Positions 1 through 9,125 of a stretch of 64,000 nt of DNA are shown in pieces. Positions within the stretch are counted from its first letter, which is position 1. Each line of letters begins with the position of its first letter. The position numbers and the translations under genes were made by a program. The DNA is taken from assembly GCA_030603385.1 (NCBI GenBank), contig JAUVXW010000018.1, positions 1-64,000 of the forward strand, given 5' to 3'. The DNA comes from Promethearchaeota archaeon. Its GTDB lineage: Archaea > Asgardarchaeota > Lokiarchaeia > Sigyniarchaeales > SOKP01. The notes beneath the pieces are model-generated. The model saw only the letters and a list, made by a program, of their open reading frames with translations, was not told the DNA's origin and searched no databases.

Positions 1-623
1 AAATGCCCTTTCCAAAGGGCATCATGTCCGCAACATTTTATATTCTCAATAATAACTGGTGGTTGTTTAAGTACTTTATTTAAAATTTTTATTCCATTCT
101 GTGCAATTTCTAATAAATTTATATTTAAATAATCAAAAACAACATGTAAAATTGGTAAACAACCAAAGAAATATGCAATTTTTCCCTTTTTAGATATTTG
201 ATAACCGTCTGGTATTAAATCCGACGATATTTTAAAACCAGAGGGTAGATTTGCTTGTAGTTCAGAAATAATAGTTAAGATTCCATCATGAGTCTCTTCA
301 TATTTAATTCCTTGTTTTATTAAAAGTCTTCTGGCTAATTTTATAAATTCTATAAAATCTACATTTTGAGGACAATATTCTTGACAAGTTCTACAAGTTA
401 AGCAAAATCGGAGAACATCATCATTTAAAATCTGTTTACTTGCTCCAAAAGCTGCTAATCGAATCATTTGATGGGGATTTAATATAAATTGTTCACCAAC
501 AGGACAACTCGAAGTACATATTCCGCATTGAAAACAAGTTAATAGAGTTTTTGTTTCTTCTGCTTCAGAGATTTCTTTAATTAAATTAGGATCTAAATCA
601 GAACTTTTTATGACATCTTCCAT
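1..623 (-). CDS. HdrD-like (Fe-S)-binding oxidoreductase (4Fe-4S dicluster plus CCG domain); 3' part runs off the window
   Basis: Manual translation from ATG 623: MEDVIKSSDLDPNLIKE...TCFQCGICTSSCP...CLTCRTCQEYCP...AYFFGC...KCCGH; directly downstream of hdrCB; not in ORF track. Confidence 0.85.
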   Translation of the reverse strand, partial: MEDVIKSSDLDPNLIKEISEAEETKTLLTCFQCGICTSSCPVGEQFILNPHQMIRLAAFGASKQILNDDVLRFCLTCRTCQEYCPQNVDFIEFIKLARRLLIKQGIKYEETHDGILTIISELQANLPSGFKISSDLIPDGYQISKKGKIAYFFGCLPILHVVFDYLNINLLEIAQNGIKILNKVLKQPPVIIENIKCCGHDALWKGH

Positions 624-683
624 AGCTTTTCAAATCCAATTATTTTTTTTTATTAATCAAATTGATATTTCTAATTATTAAAT

Positions 684-1559
684 TTAAATTGAAAAATTTA
701 TACTTTCGAATAACACTTTTGGTCTAATTCTGTGAAAATTTAGACCTAATTCCTCTGGTTTATAACCAAACGCTAATGCGGTTAACTCTGAAAGATAGAA
801 AATAGGAAAATCATAATTAGTATTATTTCTCTTATTGAGCTCCCTTTGATTAAATTCATATTGCTGATAACAAGCCGGACAAACTACTGCAACGCAATTA
901 GCGCTGGATTCTTGAATGGCTTTTAATTTTTTATCTATCATTAAAAGAGATAAATCCTTATCAGATTTCTCAACTGGGTTCCCGCAGCATTCTATTTTCA
1001 ATTCATAATCCACAGACTCAGCACCAAGTACCCTAACAATTTCATCTATGGTTTTTGGTTCAAACGGGTCATCCCAATTTATAGTTTCTGATGGTCTTAA
1101 ATAATGGCATCCATAATGTACCGCAACCTTGAAGCCATCTAAGGGTTTTTCTACGTAAGCCTTGACTTCATCTAAATACTCGTAAAGCAACTCAGCAAAG
1201 TGCTTAACTTCGACTTTTCCATCGTAAGATTTTCCTACTTTCTTTAAAACTTTATTTACTTCTTCTTTTGTCTGAGAATCTTTGTTGATGGCATAATTAA
1301 CACCCTTTAATGTTTCTACACAACCAGAACAAAAGGATACTACACCACCATTAGTTTTGCAAAGGCTTAAATTCCTCGCTCCTAATGCTAACCAAGTTTT
1401 ATGATCGATTAATTCAATTCCTGTTGGATCGGGACAGCAGCTAAAACCATCAACATCATTTAATTTAATTCCTAATTTTTCAAACACCTTTCTTGATGAG
1501 GTTTCTAAATATGGTAACCTCGCAGGAATCACACACCCCAAAAACAAATCATAAGCCAT
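684..1559 (-). CDS. hdrB: Heterodisulfide reductase subunit B
   Basis: LFLGC, SCCP, CSGC, HYGCHYLRP, ECCG, CPAC (two CCG domains); adjacent to hdrC. Confidence 0.93.
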   Translation of the reverse strand: MAYDLFLGCVIPARLPYLETSSRKVFEKLGIKLNDVDGFSCCPDPTGIELIDHKTWLALGARNLSLCKTNGGVVSFCSGCVETLKGVNYAINKDSQTKEEVNKVLKKVGKSYDGKVEVKHFAELLYEYLDEVKAYVEKPLDGFKVAVHYGCHYLRPSETINWDDPFEPKTIDEIVRVLGAESVDYELKIECCGNPVEKSDKDLSLLMIDKKLKAIQESSANCVAVVCPACYQQYEFNQRELNKRNNTNYDFPIFYLSELTALAFGYKPEELGLNFHRIRPKVLFESINFSI

Positions 1560-1562
1560 TTT

Positions 1563-2060
1563 TTATTCAATCCCCTTTAGAATGTGTTTTTCAAAATTAG
1601 TCTCAATTAAGATTTTCTTTATTTCATCAATAGGGGCTGTTTTGATTGTAGGAAGACCTAATTTCTCTCGACGGGTTAAAATTGCTTTAGAATAAGGGAT
1701 TGCAACTCCATTTTCTAATACTGCTTGACCTTGCGCAATAAAAGCATCAGGTACTTTTCCCCTCTCAAAACATAAGTTTTTAATTAAAGTGAAAATTTCT
1801 GTGAGTTCAACTTTTTGAGGGCATAATTCAACACATTTTTGACATGTTGAACATAACCATGAATTTGGTTCTTGTTTCTCCACCAATTTATCTTGCAGAC
1901 CCAAGATTGCTTCTTCAATAATCTTTCTAGGATTATACTTTCCATTCGTTATTAAAGCAACAGGGCAGCCGCCGCTACAAGTGCTACATTGATAACAATA
2001 GCTCAATGAGGCATTGTGTTTCAATACTTCGTTCCGAAACTCAAAATTAATTACACTCAT
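1563..2060 (-). CDS. hdrC: Heterodisulfide reductase subunit C
   Basis: CYQCSTCSGGCP and WLCSTCQKCVELCP 4Fe-4S motifs. Confidence 0.92.
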   Translation of the reverse strand: MSVINFEFRNEVLKHNASLSYCYQCSTCSGGCPVALITNGKYNPRKIIEEAILGLQDKLVEKQEPNSWLCSTCQKCVELCPQKVELTEIFTLIKNLCFERGKVPDAFIAQGQAVLENGVAIPYSKAILTRREKLGLPTIKTAPIDEIKKILIETNFEKHILKGIE

Positions 2061-2318
2061 TTTGACAAAAATATCAAATTGTAATTTTATTCCATTGTTT
2101 TTAATGGTTAAGTAAATATGATAAATATTTTAAATTTATCAGAAAATTGCTAAAGTAAAACTTCTAAATAAAGTTATATTTTATTACAGAGCTTATTATT
2201 TTTCCAATGAATCTATTTTTCTTCTTTATTTTGTTCATTTTAATAATGGATTAATCATTCAATTTCATAAATGTTTGATTTTGCTTGACTTTATTAATAA
2301 ATATGACTGGATCTAATA

Positions 2319-2344
2319 ATTTGAATAATTGATTTGAATAATTG
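2319..2344. repeat. Tandem 13-bp direct repeat ATTTGAATAATTG x2 in the divergent hdrC / small-ORF intergenic region
   Basis: Exact copies at 2319-2331 and 2332-2344. Confidence 0.6.
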
Positions 2345-2401
2345 TGTTCAATTTTCCAAAATTAATGTTCAGATTTAAATATTATCAAATCTATAAATAT
2401 T

Positions 2402-2689
2402 ATGATGTGCCAGAATTGCAACTGTGATTTCTTTGATAGATGTTCAATTGTAGGTTATATGCCAATTGGTTTTTGTTGTGAAAGCTGTTATTTGTATGAT
2501 AAATATAAAACATGTTTAAAATCTAAAACTAAAAGTGAAGAGGAAAAAGAACCTAGAATTGAAAGCGTAAGGGAAATAAAATTAATGAATGCTTCAATTG
2601 ACGGAGAACTTTTAAAAGTTAGACTTACCCAGACGGGTGAAAAAGAAAAAACATTATTAATTGACTTAAAGAAGTATTTAGAATCGTAA
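2402..2689 (+). CDS. Small Cys-rich hypothetical protein (probable metal binding)
   Basis: CQNCNC, C, CCESC and C clustered in the N-terminal 40 aa. Confidence 0.7.
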   Translation: MMCQNCNCDFFDRCSIVGYMPIGFCCESCYLYDKYKTCLKSKTKSEEEKEPRIESVREIKLMNASIDGELLKVRLTQTGEKEKTLLIDLKKYLES

Positions 2690-2856
2690 TTTTAAGTTCT
2701 TATTTTTAAACCATTTAATATTGGGCTATTAAATTTTAATTCTGAATAGAAACAACATGAATTTTTTTGCTGGGAAAAAATAATTTAATAAACAATTTAT
2801 CACATTTATTAACTAGTTTAAATGGTTAAGTATTAATTTGCTGGTTTAGTTTAAAG

Positions 2857-3288
2857 TTGCCTAAAAAATTAGATTTATTGGATCTTAAAATAATAGAGGA
2901 ATTAAAGAACAATAGCAGAATTTCATTTAGTGATATCAGTCAGAAGATAGATAAAACTGATGCTACTGTTAGAAGGCGTGTTAAAAAATTATTAGAAGAA
3001 GGAGTTATCACACGTTTTACTATTGATTACGACATAGATTCAAAACAAAGCATCAGTGTCACGATAAAAGCTATACCAGATTTCAAAGATATTAAGCGAA
3101 TTATGAAAGAACTTAAATCAATTGAAGAAATAAAAAATATATGGCGTTTATCAGGTGATTGTGGACTTTTAATGAAAGTTGATGTAGCTTCTATAGATAA
3201 GTTTAACCCACTTATTGAAGAAAAGATTTCTCAAATTCAGGGGATAAAAATAATAGAGACCTGCTTCATAACTGATATTATTAAGTGA
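2857..3288 (+). CDS. Lrp/AsnC family transcriptional regulator
   Basis: LDLLDLKIIEELKNNSRISFSDIS...TVRRRVKKL HTH plus C-terminal RAM domain (SGDCGLL). Confidence 0.92.
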   Translation: MPKKLDLLDLKIIEELKNNSRISFSDISQKIDKTDATVRRRVKKLLEEGVITRFTIDYDIDSKQSISVTIKAIPDFKDIKRIMKELKSIEEIKNIWRLSGDCGLLMKVDVASIDKFNPLIEEKISQIQGIKIIETCFITDIIK

Positions 3289-3349
3289 AAACAGTAAAAA
3301 TTGTTTTAATTTCATTAAATCATAATATATAGTTTGTTTAATCGAAAAT

Positions 3350-3892
3350 TTGGTGTTTAAAATCGAACAGAAGCTTGCTTTTAAGATCTGTGTTTTTGGA
3401 GATGGCGGAGTAGGTAAAACCACTTTGATCAGGAGATTTTCTACAGGAGTCTTCGAGGAAGATCTTAAGATGACAATAGGTGCTGACTTTAGTGTTAAAA
3501 ATGTAGAAGTAGATGGGAAGCCAGTAACACTACGGATATGGGATTTTGCAGGAGAAGACCGTTTTAGAGTTCTTTTACCAGCTTTTGCTAAAGGAGCTGA
3601 TGGAGGTATCTTTATGTATGATACAACCCGATTTTCTAGCCTTGGCCAAATTAAAGACTGGTTATCTATTTTCGAATATTTTGTATCTGATGAAAAAGTT
3701 AAAATCCCGATTATCATGGTAGGTGCTAAGATAGACCTTGAAGATAAGAGATCAGTAACTTCTGAGGAAGCATTAGAATTATCAGATACTTATGAATTAA
3801 TAGGTCATTTTGAATGTTCTTCCAAAACTGGAGATACTGTAGAGCAAATTTTCGAATTTATCGCCAAAAAAATGGTAGAGAAAAATCGCTAA
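3350..3892 (+). CDS. Rab/Ras-like small GTPase
   Basis: G1 GDGGVGKT, G2 TIGADF, G3 WDFAGE, G4 GAKID, G5 SSKTG. Confidence 0.92.
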   Translation: MVFKIEQKLAFKICVFGDGGVGKTTLIRRFSTGVFEEDLKMTIGADFSVKNVEVDGKPVTLRIWDFAGEDRFRVLLPAFAKGADGGIFMYDTTRFSSLGQIKDWLSIFEYFVSDEKVKIPIIMVGAKIDLEDKRSVTSEEALELSDTYELIGHFECSSKTGDTVEQIFEFIAKKMVEKNR

Positions 3893-4002
3893 GCAATAAT
3901 TTTCTTTTTCTTTTTCATCATAGCACTTGATACCAATAAATTATATATGGTATTTAATTTTGAATTATAGATTAATCAGCGTATGAACTAAGGGGTAATT
4001 TT

Positions 4003-5946
4003 ATGATTAAAGATGTTCGTTTTACTAAAAGTGAAGGAAAAGTTTTAATGCTCGGAAATGAGGCTCTTGTGAGAGGATGCCTTGAAGCTGGCGTTTCCTA
4101 TGTCTCTCAATATCCAGGTACTCCTACTAGTGATATCGGAGAATATTTCCATCAGGTAATTAGAGATTATCCTGAATTTGGAGAATATTTAGTACACCAT
4201 TGGGCTGTTAACGAAGCAGTTGCATCCTCGGCTTGTGCTGGAGCGGCTTGGACGGGTTGTAGGAGTTTTAATCCCATGAAACATGTCGGTCTGAATGTTG
4301 CAAGTGATGCCCTAAGTGTGATAGCATTAAATGGACCGAACCCTGGGGGAATGGTAATTTCTGTTGGTTCTGACCCAGGTTCATTAGGCTCACACCAAGA
4401 ACAGAATGAACGGTTTTATGCATGGATGCTTCACCTTCCCACCATTGAACCCCATACACCTCAAGAATGTAAGGATTGGGTTAAATTAGCTTTTGAACTC
4501 TCAGAAAAATTTGACTTGGTTATGAATGTTCGTACTTCAACCAGAAGTGCTCATTCAAGAGGTTTTGTAGAACTAGGAACACTTGTAAAAGGTAAGAAAA
4601 GTGGAGAATTTATTAGAAATATCCCCAAATACAATTCGTTACCCCCACATGCTATTAATAATCACATCCGCTTATACGAAAGAATTGAAAAACTCCGAGA
4701 AATTATTCCAGAATTAGGATTAAATAAAATTATTCCAGGAGATAACAGAGTAGGTATTATAACAAGTGGAATGCCTTTTGGTTATACTATGGAGGCACTC
4801 AATCAATTAGAATTAAATGATGTCCCAATATTAAAACTTGGAATGGTTTACCCATTAAATTATGACCAAATAACTAATTATTTGCAAAATCTTGAGAAAG
4901 TAGTTATAATTGAAGAATTAGAACCATTTCTGGAAGTGAAAATTGCTGAGATTGCTCATAATCAGAGAATAGATGTTGAAATTTTAGGACAAAATTATTT
5001 TCCTAAGTATAACGAATTTTCTACTGGATTAGTAGCAACCTGTTTAGCCAAGATATTTAATAAACAACCAAATGAACAAATGATGAAAGCAATGGATTAT
5101 TACAATTCATATAAAGAGATAATTCCTAGTAGATTTCCTACATTTTGCGCAGGTTGCCCTGAACGAGCGACACTCTATTCCATATTGAAAGCAACAAATC
5201 ATTTAGAAAATACCATAATTTCTGGTGATATCGGGTGTTATGTGATGTCATTTTTCCCACCTCAGCAGTGCTCTGACTTAGTCATATGTATGTCGGGGGG
5301 AATAAGTGCAGCAATCGGAATGTCTACAAAAACAGATCAAAAAGTTTTAGCCATGATCGGAGATTCCACATTCTTCCACACGGGTATGGCGCCCTTAGCG
5401 GAAGCTGTAGGATATAACTCAAATTTATTACTCATTATATTTGAGAACTCATGGACAGCTATGACAGGACATCAAGATGATGTACTCCGTTATCTAATCA
5501 ATCAAGGATTTTCCATTGAAAAAGTATGCAAAGCTTTTGGTGTACCTTGGTTAAGGGTGGAAGATTCATATAACCCTAAAAAATTAACAAAAAGTATTGA
5601 AGAAGCTCTAGAAACTAAAGGATTGAAAGTAATTATAATAAAACGAGAATGTGCTTTACAAGCTCATCGATGGAGAACGTCACAAATTAAAACTCTTCAA
5701 GAAAATGACGAAAAAGTTCAGGATATCTCTTATTATATTGGAGGCTGCTCAATGTGCTATGAATGCGTGCGAATATTGAGTTGTCCTGCAATTAGAAGAG
5801 TTGAAACTGAAGGAATTGAAGAAATGCAAATAGATCAAGATAGGTGTATAAAATGTGGTGTTTGTTATGAAATATGTCCAAATGGGGCAATAAGAAAGTC
5901 AATTATAAATTTATTTGGCGAGGAGGTGCCATTTCGTGAAATTTAA
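4003..5946 (+). CDS. iorA: Indolepyruvate:ferredoxin oxidoreductase alpha subunit
   Basis: LGNEALVRG, YPGTPTS, MKHVGLNVASD, CAGCPER, GDIGCY, GDSTFFH, TAMTGHQ, C-terminal ferredoxin motifs. Confidence 0.95.
   Translation: MIKDVRFTKSEGKVLMLGNEALVRGCLEAGVSYVSQYPGTPTSDIGEYFHQVIRDYPEFGEYLVHHWAVNEAVASSACAGAAWTGCRSFNPMKHVGLNVASDALSVIALNGPNPGGMVISVGSDPGSLGSHQEQNERFYAWMLHLPTIEPHTPQECKDWVKLAFELSEKFDLVMNVRTSTRSAHSRGFVELGTLVKGKKSGEFIRNIPKYNSLPPHAINNHIRLYERIEKLREIIPELGLNKIIPGDNRVGIITSGMPFGYTMEALNQLELNDVPILKLGMVYPLNYDQITNYLQNLEKVVIIEELEPFLEVKIAEIAHNQRIDVEILGQNYFPKYNEFSTGLVATCLAKIFNKQPNEQMMKAMDYYNSYKEIIPSRFPTFCAGCPERATLYSILKATNHLENTIISGDIGCYVMSFFPPQQCSDLVICMSGGISAAIGMSTKTDQKVLAMIGDSTFFHTGMAPLAEAVGYNSNLLLIIFENSWTAMTGHQDDVLRYLINQGFSIEKVCKAFGVPWLRVEDSYNPKKLTKSIEEALETKGLKVIIIKRECALQAHRWRTSQIKTLQENDEKVQDISYYIGGCSMCYECVRILSCPAIRRVETEGIEEMQIDQDRCIKCGVCYEICPNGAIRKSIINLFGEEVPFREI
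5921..5928 (+). promoter_or_regulatory. Shine-Dalgarno-like site for iorB
   Basis: AGGAGGTG 7 nt upstream of GTG 5936. Confidence 0.7.
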
Positions 5947-6626
5947 AGAAACAGATATTATAAATATAGTTATAGCTGGAACCGCAGGTCAAGGAGTTAT
6001 CACACTTAAAAGATTAATTGAATTTGCGGCTCAGAAAGCAGATATTGAGCGAGTCTTTGGAAGCGAATCTTATATCTCATTTCAAGTATAAGCGTTTCAT
6101 GCACGGACTTGCTCAACGAGAAGGAGCTATTATGAGTCATACACGTTATCAAAAAAAGCTCGATGGAGATGAGAGAAAAAATATACAAAGTTCTCTTATA
6201 TGCTATGGAGATGCTGATTTGTACATTTGTTTAGAACCAGTAGAAGCTTTAAGACGCGGATTATTTGCTTCTTCTAAAACTTCGTTTGTGATTAATGAAC
6301 GTGATATTCCAAGTGTAATGGTTACAGCTGATCTAGAACAATATCCTCCCATAGAGGAAATTAGAAATATATTAAATAGATGTTCTAAACAAGTTTATTC
6401 CATTAACGCAACAACCTTATCTTTAAAACACTTTCAACAAAATCAATATGTTAATATAATGATGTTAGGTTTTGCAATGATCACTGGGAAATTACCTTTT
6501 ATAGAGATAGAAGACTTTGAAGAAGTTATTAAGGAATGGTTACGAGAACCTGACTCAAACATTAAAGCCCTACATTTAGGGATAGAAAAAGGAAAAGAAA
6601 TCATTTCATTCTCAAACGTTAACTAA
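5936..6626 (+). CDS. iorB: Indolepyruvate:ferredoxin oxidoreductase beta subunit, interrupted: join(5936..6067,6099..6626), 219 aa after removing 31 nt
   Basis: Segment 1 MKFKETDIINIVIAGTAGQGVITL...VFGSE; segment 2 MHGLAQREGAIMSHTRY...ADLYICLEPVEALR...NIMMLG; joined motif SE-M-HGLAQR matches the IorB consensus SE-x-HGMAQRGG. Confidence 0.9.
6068..6098 (+). other. Putative 31-nt bulge-helix-bulge mRNA intron in iorB
   Basis: Bulge AA^U 6066-6068, 4-bp helix AGCG 6062-6065/CGUU 6093-6096, bulge UC^A 6097-6099, intron stem 6069-6075/6086-6092, exon-exon stem 6045-6056/6105-6116. Confidence 0.85.
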
Positions 6627-6696
6627 ATCTCCAAATTTACTTAGTTTAATGCGATTTTTAATAAACTAATTAAAGAGGGGGTGGTTATGTTTTTAC

Positions 6697-7833
6697 ATGG
6701 ACATTCATAAGAAAATTGACTTAATTAAGCGAGGCACTGAAGAAATATTAACAGAAGAAAATCTACAACATCTTTTAGAAACAGGAGTTCCACTAAATCT
6801 TTATATAGGCTTTGAGATATCTGGTAAAGTTCATCTAGGAACTGGACTAATTTGTATGGCAAAAATTAAAGATTTTATTGATGCTGGAATTTCTTGTTCC
6901 ATTTTTTTAGCAGATTGGCATAGCTGGATTAATGACAAATTAGGAGGAGATATGGATAAAATTCGAGAAGTTGCTATAGGGTATTTTAAAGAAGGACTTA
7001 AAGCAGGGTTACTTTGCGTAGGGGCTGACCCAAACAAGGTAAAATTTACCCTTGGTACAGAATTATATCATAATAATGATGATTATTGGGAAACCGTTAT
7101 TGATGTCTGTAAAAACACTACTTTAAGCCGAATGCAGAGAAGTATCACAATTATGGGAAGAAAACAAGGAGATAATGTGGATTTTGCAAAATTACTATAT
7201 CCTGCCATGCAAGTTGCTGATATATTCATTCAAAATATCAATTTTGCTCATGCAGGTTATGATCAAAGAAAAGCTCATGTAATTACTAGGGATGTTGCTT
7301 TAAAAATGAAGAAGAATAACCTTGTTGATACTGAAGGTGAAAAAATTAAACCTGTTTGTGTTCATAATCATTTGATTTTGGGCTTACAAAAGCCACCAAT
7401 CTGGCCTCTTAAAGATGATGAGCAATTACGAGAGCTATGGTCTCAAATGAAAATGAGTAAATCGGTACCCAATTCTGCTGTATTTATTCATGATAATCCT
7501 GACGAAATAAAAGAAAAAATAGGATCCGCTTTTTGCCCTGAGGGAAATGCAGTATTTAATCCAATACTTGATTGGACGAAATCAATAATTTTCAGAGAAA
7601 AAGACTCTTATTTTCAAGTAAAAAGACCAGTAAAATTCGGTGGAGATATGGAGTTTTATTCATATCAAGAATTGGAAGATGCTTATCTAAATAAAAAGAT
7701 TCACCCTCTTGACTTAAAAAATAGCGTTTCAAATAAAATTATAGATATATTAGAACCCGCAAGAGAACACTTTGAAAAAGCTAGAGTAAAAAAAATGAGA
7801 AATCATATGGAAGAATTAATAGTTACTCGCTGA
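6697..7833 (+). CDS. tyrS: Tyrosyl-tRNA synthetase (archaeal type)
   Basis: YIGFEISGKVHLG, LLYPAMQVADI, HAGYDQRKAH, KMSKS. Confidence 0.96.
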   Translation: MDIHKKIDLIKRGTEEILTEENLQHLLETGVPLNLYIGFEISGKVHLGTGLICMAKIKDFIDAGISCSIFLADWHSWINDKLGGDMDKIREVAIGYFKEGLKAGLLCVGADPNKVKFTLGTELYHNNDDYWETVIDVCKNTTLSRMQRSITIMGRKQGDNVDFAKLLYPAMQVADIFIQNINFAHAGYDQRKAHVITRDVALKMKKNNLVDTEGEKIKPVCVHNHLILGLQKPPIWPLKDDEQLRELWSQMKMSKSVPNSAVFIHDNPDEIKEKIGSAFCPEGNAVFNPILDWTKSIIFREKDSYFQVKRPVKFGGDMEFYSYQELEDAYLNKKIHPLDLKNSVSNKIIDILEPAREHFEKARVKKMRNHMEELIVTR

Positions 7834-7886
7834 AGTAGTAAATTCTTTTTGAAATAAATATTTCTTAAATTAGAAGCAAAAATATA

Positions 7887-8417
7887 TTATGTTCTTTTAA
7901 TTACTTTAACCAATCCTTTTTTTCGGAGCTGTTCCATCATTTTTTCAATTTCTTCTACACTTTTTTGAGCAATCGAAGCAACTTGTTCAATTGTGTTCAT
8001 ACCATCACAAATTTTAAGGACTTTAAATTGCTCTTTTGTAAGCATTCCCAATTGTACTGCCATTGGAGAAATTTCCTTCACAATCACTGGAATTCTCACT
8101 TCACCACCTGCTTCTATTGTTTCTGCCCCAATTTCTTCCGTGCTTGGCGATTCACCAAAAAAAGATTTCACTCCAGTGATATCATAATTATCATTAATAT
8201 AGACATAAATCGTATGTTCTTGTCCAGAAACATCATCTGTGTCTTCCAGATCAGGAGAAGGATTAGCATGCTTATATTCTTTTGTATAAATACCCATTTC
8301 AAGACCACTGATAATCTCATTTTTATCTATATTTAATGAAATCATATCTTCACAGATATCACACCACGCCCATGCTTCAATAAGTTGGAAATATTTTCTC
8401 ACTTTATTTTCTGGCAT
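7887..8417 (-). CDS. Hypothetical protein with N-terminal CxxC and C-terminal winged-helix domain
   Basis: WCDIC; C-terminal VLKICDGMNTIEQVASIAQKSVEEIEKMMEQLRKKGLV. Confidence 0.75.
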   Translation of the reverse strand: MPENKVRKYFQLIEAWAWCDICEDMISLNIDKNEIISGLEMGIYTKEYKHANPSPDLEDTDDVSGQEHTIYVYINDNYDITGVKSFFGESPSTEEIGAETIEAGGEVRIPVIVKEISPMAVQLGMLTKEQFKVLKICDGMNTIEQVASIAQKSVEEIEKMMEQLRKKGLVKVIKRT

Positions 8418-8639
8418 TGTAATATACTTTAAGGTTAATTGAAATTTATATATTTAATTTATATGCAAACTAGAGTATTGATTAATTTAAATTTTGATTT
8501 ATATTTTCTTTATTGATAATTAAGTAAATTTTAAACTGTTAACTATATATAAGTTTTTTACTCAAGGCTAATCAAAAAGAATTAAAGTTATAATATATTT
8601 TAAAATCCAAGCTTTATTAAATTCATATTTGATTACTTC

Positions 8640-8816
8640 ATGAGCTCTTATAGAAAGAATACCTGTTTTGGTTGTGGGAGGCCTATAACTCCATTCGAAT
8701 CTGCTGTGCACTTTCCTTGTCCTCAATGTGGAGATGTTACTATTTGGAGATGTGAACGCTGTAGAGTATCAGGAAACTCCTTTCGTTGTTTAAAATGTGA
8801 TTTTGAAGGACCTTAG
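8640..8816 (+). CDS. Small double Zn-ribbon protein (DUF1610/HVO_2753-like), 58 aa
   Basis: Manual translation MSSYRKNTCFGCGRPITPFESAVHFPCPQCGDVTIWRCERCRVSGNSFRCLKCDFEGP; four CxxC motifs; typical position upstream of EF-1beta. Confidence 0.92.
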   Translation: MSSYRKNTCFGCGRPITPFESAVHFPCPQCGDVTIWRCERCRVSGNSFRCLKCDFEGP

Positions 8817-8842
8817 AGAAATAAATAGGGTATTTGATTATA

Positions 8843-9109
8843 ATGGGAGAATTTATAGCTTTAATTGATGTTGTTCCAGAAGATACAGATGTTAATTTTG
8901 ATGTCTTTGTAGGTAAATTAAAAGAAATATTACCTGAGACTTGTACTCTCGAACGTTATGATATACTTCCCGTTGCATTTGGTTTGAACAAAGCGAGGGT
9001 AAGAGTGAGATATCCTGAGGAATGGGGTGGTACAGATAAGCTTGAGGAATTGTTTGGTCAAGTTGAGGGTATACAAGGTATAGAAGCTATTGCTTTTTCA
9101 AAAGCATAA
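8843..9109 (+). CDS. ef1b: Translation elongation factor 1-beta (aEF-1B)
   Basis: PEDTDVNFD...PVAFGL...GGTDKLEE...VEGI. Confidence 0.9.
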   Translation: MGEFIALIDVVPEDTDVNFDVFVGKLKEILPETCTLERYDILPVAFGLNKARVRVRYPEEWGGTDKLEELFGQVEGIQGIEAIAFSKA

Positions 9110-9125
9110 AATATCTCTGTTTTTT

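Noticed and set aside
1-2060. Selenocysteine UGA read-through or SECIS near hdr genes
   Set aside because: No in-frame TGA at Cys positions in these genes; no hdrA in the window; no convincing SECIS hairpin seen.
6018-6098. ORF-track N-terminus MNLRLRKQ... for iorB (TTG 6018)
   Set aside because: No IorB similarity; the true N-terminus with GTAGQG is in another frame starting at GTG 5936.
6060-6101. Simple ribosomal frameshift as the explanation for the iorB break
   Set aside because: No slippery run is present, and a frameshift would insert about 10 extra residues into the tightly conserved SE-x-HG motif; precise 31-nt excision fits better.
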